The notes under the pieces are model-generated. The model was not told where the DNA came from. It ran no database searches and was given only the letters and a program-made list of their open reading frames with translations. The translations under genes were made by a program, and so were the position numbers. This document shows positions 60,073 to 64,000 of a stretch of DNA of 64,000 nt, in pieces (position 1 is the stretch's first letter; each line of letters starts with the position of its first letter). The stretch is from an uncultured Candidatus Saccharibacteria bacterium (lineage in GTDB: Bacteria; Patescibacteriota; Minisyncoccia; Phycocordibacterales; UBA9973), in NCBI GenBank assembly GCA_964527185.1, contig CAZGOI010000002.1, positions 197,532-261,531 on the forward strand, given 5' to 3'.

Positions 60073-60600
60073 ATGGAATATTTGGATATCTGTGATGAAA
60101 AAGGAAATTTGACAGGAATCAAAGCTTTGAAAAAAGAAGCTCATGAGAAAGGCCTCTGGCATAGATCAGTTCATATCTGGATTTTAAACTCAAAAAATGA
60201 ATTATTAGTGCAAAAAAGATCTCCGTTAATGGATAACCATCCTAATGAGTGGGATATTTCAGCTGCAGGGCATGTATCAGCTGGAGAAGATAACATAACT
60301 TCTGCCTTACGAGAAACCGAAGAAGAACTTGGTTTAAAACTTTCTCCTGGAAATTTTACTCTCATTGGGACTATTCAACAAAGGTCTGCGCGTGAAGGAT
60401 ATATAAATAATGAAGTAAACCCTATCTATGTTGTTAAAATGGATTTAGATCTAAGTAATATAAAAAAGCAGGTAGAAGAAGTTTCAGAAGTAAAATTTAT
60501 TCCTTATCTTGAATTGAAAAAACTTATTGATAATAAAGACCCTTATTTTGTTAAACACCCTAGTGAGTACGAACTTCTTTTCAGTTATTTATCACAATAA
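60073..60600 (+). CDS. NUDIX hydrolase
   Basis: Nudix box 'GHVSAGEDNITSALRETEEELGL' (G-x5-E-x7-REUxEExGU). Confidence 0.8.
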   Translation: MEYLDICDEKGNLTGIKALKKEAHEKGLWHRSVHIWILNSKNELLVQKRSPLMDNHPNEWDISAAGHVSAGEDNITSALRETEEELGLKLSPGNFTLIGTIQQRSAREGYINNEVNPIYVVKMDLDLSNIKKQVEEVSEVKFIPYLELKKLIDNKDPYFVKHPSEYELLFSYLSQ

Positions 60601-60633
60601 AGCCATTCTAACTTCATCCCAGGTTCGGAGCAA

Positions 60634-60670
60634 TAAACAGAAACGGCACCTTTTGGTGCCTTTTCTGTTT
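60634..60670 (+). terminator. rho-independent terminator after the NUDIX gene
   Basis: AAACAGAAACGGCACC-TTTT-GGTGCCTTTTCTGTTT. Confidence 0.75.
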
Positions 60671-60770
60671 ATCTAACTCCGGGGTAAGAAAGCAAACTAC
60701 TTTGCTTTCGACAGGGATCGAAGGATTGATAATGTTTTATTTATAAAACTATCAATCACGCGCCGTGGGC

Positions 60771-60792
60771 GAGATTCCCTGCCTCCGGAGCC
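60771..60792 (+). repeat. direct repeat of the tRNA-Asn 3' end (att-like)
   Basis: CCCTGCCTCCGGAGCC (60777-60792) is identical to tRNA-Asn 57591-57606; the upstream GAGATTC resembles the T-loop. Confidence 0.6.
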
Positions 60793-60794
60793 AG

Positions 60795-60823
60795 TTGACA
60801 AATATATTAAATTATTCTATACT
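60795..60823 (+). promoter_or_regulatory. sigma-70-type promoter (module copy 2)
   Basis: -35 TTGACA (60795-60800), 17-nt spacer, -10 TATACT (60818-60823), immediately after the tRNA-like repeat. Confidence 0.45.
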
Positions 60824-60835
60824 AGAAACAGTATC

Positions 60836-60922
60836 GTAGTTCTTTGATATTTTTTGGTTATTTAGTTGTATTTGGTGGATTATCCTTGCTTCTTTTTAGG
60901 AGGTTAAGATAATTCACTAAAT
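60836..60922 (+). repeat. conserved 87-nt leader, copy A (near-identical to 61450-61536)
   Basis: GTAGTTCTTTGATATTTTTTGGTTATTTAGTTGTATTTGGTGGATTATCCTTGCTTCTTTTTAGGAGGTTAAGATAATTCACTAAAT, with 1 substitution relative to copy B. Confidence 0.7.
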
Positions 60923-60947
60923 AATTCACAATTAAATACCAAAAAAA

Positions 60948-61229
60948 ATGGATGCAAATCAATTTCCCAACGACAACGATTTAGTTAATCCTGAAGACCC
61001 TTACTCACCAACCGAAAAAGAGGTTCGTGAATATATGGAAATGGGATATAGTCGTTCAGGTGCAATATCTTCACTCACCACAACCAAAAAAAATCGTGAA
61101 GAAGAATACGACCCTTTTCAGGAAGGTGATGCTGAGGAAATGGATGCAATTCGTAACCCCCATGTATCAATGGAGGGTATGATGTTAAAAGTTAATCAGC
61201 ACTATGGACCACCTTCAAATGAGGACTAA
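60948..61229 (+). CDS. hypothetical acidic protein (93 aa) with a UBA-like motif, cassette 2
   Basis: 'EVREYMEMGYSRSGAISSL' resembles the UBA helix-1/2 consensus (..L.eMGF.r..a..AL); Asp/Glu-rich. Confidence 0.35.
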   Translation: MDANQFPNDNDLVNPEDPYSPTEKEVREYMEMGYSRSGAISSLTTTKKNREEEYDPFQEGDAEEMDAIRNPHVSMEGMMLKVNQHYGPPSNED

Positions 61230-61244
61230 GTCATTTTTATTTAA

Positions 61245-61288
61245 AGCCCTAAGCTTTGTAGAAAAACTCTACTTGCTAGGGCTTTTTC
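61245..61288 (+). terminator. rho-independent terminator after cassette 2
   Basis: AGCCCTAAGC ... GCTAGGGCT followed by TTTTT. Confidence 0.6.
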
Positions 61289-61296
61289 TATATTAT

Positions 61297-61417
61297 GAGT
61301 TCTGAAGTGTTCATCATTTGAAACATCTCAAAAATATTACTAAACTCAATATCTCTTTTAATTTGAACCCAGTTAAGAGTTCTGAACTCATCCACTAGTG
61401 GGAGCAAATACTTGACT
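61297..61417 (+). repeat. inter-cassette repeat (about 120 nt) carrying the IR operator and the -35 (copy 1)
   Basis: Starts TGAGTTCTGAAG, contains CATCTCAAAAATATTACTAAACTCAATATCTCTTTTAATTTGAACCCAGTTAAGAGTTCTGAACTCATCCACTAGTGGGAGCAAATACTTGACT. It is closely similar to 62101-62215. Confidence 0.6.
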
Positions 61418-61440
61418 TTTTATATATTTTATGCTATCAT
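61378..61440 (+). promoter_or_regulatory. operator-like inverted repeat plus promoter (module copy 3)
   Basis: IR GAGTTC-T-GAACTC (61378-61390); -35 TTGACT (61412-61417), 17-nt spacer, -10 TATCAT (61435-61440). Confidence 0.45.
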
Positions 61441-61449
61441 GCTCAGGTA

Positions 61450-61536
61450 GTAGTTCTTTGATATTTTTTGGTTATTTAGTTGTATTTGGTGGATTATCCT
61501 TGCTTCTTTTTTGGAGGTTAAGATAATTCACTAAAT
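61450..61536 (+). repeat. conserved 87-nt leader, copy B
   Basis: Near-identical to 60836-60922. Confidence 0.7.
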
Positions 61537-61559
61537 ATAAACAATTAAATAATCAAAAG

Positions 61560-62039
61560 ATGAACATAAGTAACAGAACAAAGAAGTATGCCGAGATGTT
61601 GAACTATCAAGGTCATAGGCATCCAGTAATTAAGGCATTGATAGTTGTTTTTGAAATACTTGATGATTACACAAGTAGAGTAAAAGCAGGAGAAGACGGA
61701 GACCGTTTTCTTTCAATGTTGGGAGGGCTGGAAAAAGCAGATAGGCAGAGTTTGGTCAAAAAAAGCAATCGTGCTTTCTGGGGACAGGGACATTTCACCA
61801 GCGAAAATACGTCAGAATTATTTGCTCTCATCGGAGTAACTGATGAAAAAGCAAAAGTTTTTGAAGGATATGATTTCATATGGGAAATATTTAGCTCAAA
61901 AGGAAATACTCCCGAAGAAATATTTTCAAATATGAGAACGGCTATGTCACCTCCTGCCAGATTCTTGTTGGAACAAACCTATGATTCCTTCAAGAATGAA
62001 ATGATTACAATGTATTATCGTTACTTCCAAGTAAGGTAA
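61560..62039 (+). CDS. hypothetical protein (159 aa), cassette 3
   Basis: ORF with the module promoter and leader upstream and a strong terminator downstream. Confidence 0.4.
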   Translation: MNISNRTKKYAEMLNYQGHRHPVIKALIVVFEILDDYTSRVKAGEDGDRFLSMLGGLEKADRQSLVKKSNRAFWGQGHFTSENTSELFALIGVTDEKAKVFEGYDFIWEIFSSKGNTPEEIFSNMRTAMSPPARFLLEQTYDSFKNEMITMYYRYFQVR

Positions 62040-62043
62040 AAAC

Positions 62044-62099
62044 AAATCCGCTTCAGTAGAAGGAAAATCCCTTCATTAAACTGAAGCGGATTTTCTTTT
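62044..62099 (+). terminator. rho-independent terminator after cassette 3
   Basis: 14-bp perfect stem AAATCCGCTTCAGT ... ACTGAAGCGGATTT followed by TCTTTT. Confidence 0.75.
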
Positions 62100-62100
62100 A

Positions 62101-62215
62101 TGAGTTCTGAAACCCTGCTACAGGAAATGTCTCAAAAATCTTAGAAAACTCAATATCTCTTTTAATTTTAACCCAATTAAGAGTTCTGAACTTGTCCACT
62201 AGGGGGAGCATTTTT
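62101..62215 (+). repeat. inter-cassette repeat, copy 2 (degenerate, no intact promoter)
   Basis: TGAGTTCTGAAACC...CTCAATATCTCTTTTAATTTTAACCCAATTAAGAGTTCTGAACTTGTCCACTAGGGGGAGCA. Confidence 0.55.
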
Positions 62216-62221
62216 ATAAAA

Positions 62222-62258
62222 TAAAAAACCTCATCACATCACTATGATTAGGTTTTTA
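62222..62258. terminator. bidirectional terminator hairpin
   Basis: AACCTCATCA-catcactatga-TGATTAGGTT with T-runs on both strands. Confidence 0.5.
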
Positions 62259-62277
62259 ACTTAAAGTTCTGTATTAA

Positions 62278-62628
62278 CTATACGAAGTTATTTTCGTACC
62301 ATTTCTGCCTTTGATCCATTTTTCCTCTTCGGTCGTAATTACAAAATTTAGCTACTGCGTCCATAAATTTTTCGAAAATACTGTTGCTCGCAGAAGCATC
62401 ATCTTTATTTTTTTCTCGATTCTCCACATACCATTTTAATGGATTTTGCTTTTTGATAAGACCCAACTCTATTTGCATAAAATCGTCAGGAATTTCAAAA
62501 AAGTTTTCCGATTTTATCTGAGGAGGGATTTGAAGGCAAAATGTTCCCATTCTGTATGTAGCGTCCTCAGACTGGAACTCAATTACTTCATGTCCACCTA
62601 TATGTGAACTTATTAATTTAATGAGCAT
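62278..62628 (-). CDS. hypothetical protein (116 aa)
   Basis: ORF only. Confidence 0.35.
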   Translation of the reverse strand: MLIKLISSHIGGHEVIEFQSEDATYRMGTFCLQIPPQIKSENFFEIPDDFMQIELGLIKKQNPLKWYVENREKNKDDASASNSIFEKFMDAVAKFCNYDRRGKMDQRQKWYENNFV

Positions 62629-62733
62629 AGCGTTTATTTTTTAGTTTACAAATAATCTATCATAAAATAATCTTTTGTAAATACCACTGGTTCTGAAACA
62701 GTTGAACTGGAAACACATCAAAAATCTTAGGTT

Positions 62734-63867
62734 TTAGAATTTCACAGTAAGTGGCGAGCCAAGACCAGTGACATAATCGTAATGAGCTCGGGCTTCGCAA
62801 TAATAACCGCAGTTACCGTTTGATCCGTTTTTAATATCTCTAAAAAATTTAGTGGGAGAATTGGAAGATTTATCAGTATAAAATTTTTCGTTACCAGTTG
62901 AAAGTCCGAGTGACTGGATAGCTGCCCATTGTGGGGCAGCAGCGCTAGTGCCACCGACTACATACCAATTGCCATGCCTATAAACTGGAAAACCTGATTT
63001 CGGATCTGCGTCGTAAGAAACATCAGGAATCGAACGCATTCCATTAGCACGAGGAATCGCATAGCTATTTTGATAATTAGGTTGTTTTTCGTAAGCACTT
63101 ACTCCTCCACCCGAACCATTCCAAGCCAATTCTTTTAAAAAAGATCCATGCGAGTCAAATGTCAGACTAGTGCCACCGACAGCCACTACAAATGGTGATG
63201 CAGCAGGCCAACTAGCTCCAGTGCCATTGTCTCCCGAGGCGGCAAAGAAAACCGCGCCAAAGTTACTTTGAAAATGTGAGTCGAGCGATAGTTCTTCTGG
63301 AAATTCTGCTCCGCCGAAACTCATAGATATTGCTACTGTATTTGGATTATTGCGGGCATAATCAATGGCGTCTAAAAGATTTTTTCCGGATGGAGTTTTT
63401 GCTTCTACCAAAAGAATTTTTGCCAAAGGGGCAATAGCATGGGCCCACTCTACATCGAGTGAGGTTTCCATAGCCCAGCCACTGTTCGTTTTCGTGTCTT
63501 TTGCCATCAGGTGTTTTTCGAAACAACTATTTGTAACAGTACACGAAGGTAGGTTAAATTGAGAACTGAATACATTCAGGTCTTTTTCGATTGTACTATC
63601 GTCATAAGCTCCGATAATAGCTATGGTTCCTTGCCCGCCACTATCAGGCAGATTGTAAATTTTTTTAATTATATCTGGCGAGATTCCTTTTGGGGTGTTA
63701 GTTGCTTTACCATACACATGAATTGGATGTTTAGCTTTGAAATTGTTAAAATGATAATCCGCCAAAGCGAATTGAGGTATACAAAAACTCAAAACTATAA
63801 TAATCAAATAAAATTTTCTCATTGTTTTATAAACTTTAACATAAAGGGAAGATTTTTTATTTACCAA
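62734..63867 (-). CDS. secreted S53 (sedolisin)/S8-like serine peptidase
   Basis: Signal peptide; 'GTIAIIGAYDD', 'ASGDNGTGA', 'VGGTSAAAPQWAAIQSL' match the subtilase-clan SB Asp/Ser motifs, and the SGD motif favours S53. Confidence 0.65.
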   Translation of the reverse strand: MVNKKSSLYVKVYKTMRKFYLIIIVLSFCIPQFALADYHFNNFKAKHPIHVYGKATNTPKGISPDIIKKIYNLPDSGGQGTIAIIGAYDDSTIEKDLNVFSSQFNLPSCTVTNSCFEKHLMAKDTKTNSGWAMETSLDVEWAHAIAPLAKILLVEAKTPSGKNLLDAIDYARNNPNTVAISMSFGGAEFPEELSLDSHFQSNFGAVFFAASGDNGTGASWPAASPFVVAVGGTSLTFDSHGSFLKELAWNGSGGGVSAYEKQPNYQNSYAIPRANGMRSIPDVSYDADPKSGFPVYRHGNWYVVGGTSAAAPQWAAIQSLGLSTGNEKFYTDKSSNSPTKFFRDIKNGSNGNCGYYCEARAHYDYVTGLGSPLTVKF

Positions 63868-64000
63868 TTTAATCTATTTTTAGCATTTTATTCTTGGTCA
63901 ACTAGATATGTTTGCAGAAAGGTTTCTATCGCAATTATCGTACCGTCTTTAAGGTGAGCATTACTTTCTGCTACCCATTTCGCAAAATTATATAGCTCTT

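Noticed and set aside
60600-60640. 'GGTTCGGAGC' after the NUDIX gene as a tRNA or tmRNA 3' end
   Set aside because: There is no acceptor or T-arm pairing in the surrounding sequence; it is just upstream of an ordinary terminator.
60895-60947. GGAGG in the conserved leader as the ribosome-binding site of the cassette ORFs
   Set aside because: It lies about 45 nt upstream of the ATG, and other genes in the window also lack SD motifs, so it is more likely part of a uORF or an RNA structure.
59300-62300. Possible CRISPR array, suggested by the regularly spaced repeats
   Set aside because: The repeat units are about 90–120 nt and the intervening 0.3–0.5-kb segments are terminator-bounded ORFs. 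No short 28–37-nt direct repeats are present, and no CRISPR array was seen anywhere in the window.
63888-64000. Minus-strand reading frame open to the window edge, with a stop at 63888-63890
   Set aside because: Only about 37 codons are visible with no motif, so I cannot support it as a CDS.
1-64000. rRNA genes, RNase P RNA, SRP RNA or tmRNA in the intergenic gaps
   Set aside because: I could not recognise any conserved rRNA or ncRNA signature sequences by eye. Only 50800-51018 remains an open candidate, and it is listed as a finding.

Overview
This 64-kb window is from a low-GC, gene-dense bacterial chromosome. I infer a reduced, Patescibacteria/CPR-like genome (inference only). The cues are a compact AlaRS lacking the C-Ala domain, a PriA without Walker motifs, a short Zwf, A-rich leaders with no Shine-Dalgarno, and several two-helix VirB2-like pilin paralogs. 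Most of 0–37 kb and 46–57 kb is housekeeping: cysS (5' truncated by the window edge), a cytoplasmic His-kinase operon, dnaJ/dnaK/grpE, the ribosomal block rpsI-rplM-rplQ-rpoA-rpsD-rpsK-rpsM-rpmJ-infA, alaS, mnmA, mltG, typA, rseP, frr, holB-like, mreB, priA, rpsU, ybeY, ftsA, ftsZ, trxB, pgl, zwf, gyrA, rpsA, pth, lepB, hisS, def, fmt and hpf. Accessory content lies in three places. (i) 37.1–40.1 kb holds tRNA-Glu, tRNA-Ser and tRNA-Val with duplicated partial-tRNA segments, a small GIY-YIG gene, and one copy of a conserved ~100-nt structured element (a second copy precedes tRNA-Asn at 57.4 kb). (ii) 40.3–45.1 kb holds a tandem array of five VirB2/TrbC-like pilin-fold paralogs. (iii) 57.4–64 kb is an island downstream of tRNA-Asn. 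It carries a direct repeat of the tRNA 3' end, recombinase-like remnants that read antisense through the tRNA, and a Panacea-domain gene paired with an unknown partner (candidate toxin–antitoxin). It also carries a NUDIX hydrolase, a tandem array of small-ORF cassettes that share an inverted-repeat operator, a promoter and an 87-nt leader, and a secreted S53 peptidase. I found no rRNA and no CRISPR array. All calls come from reading the six-frame translations and the nucleotide sequence; no searches were run.
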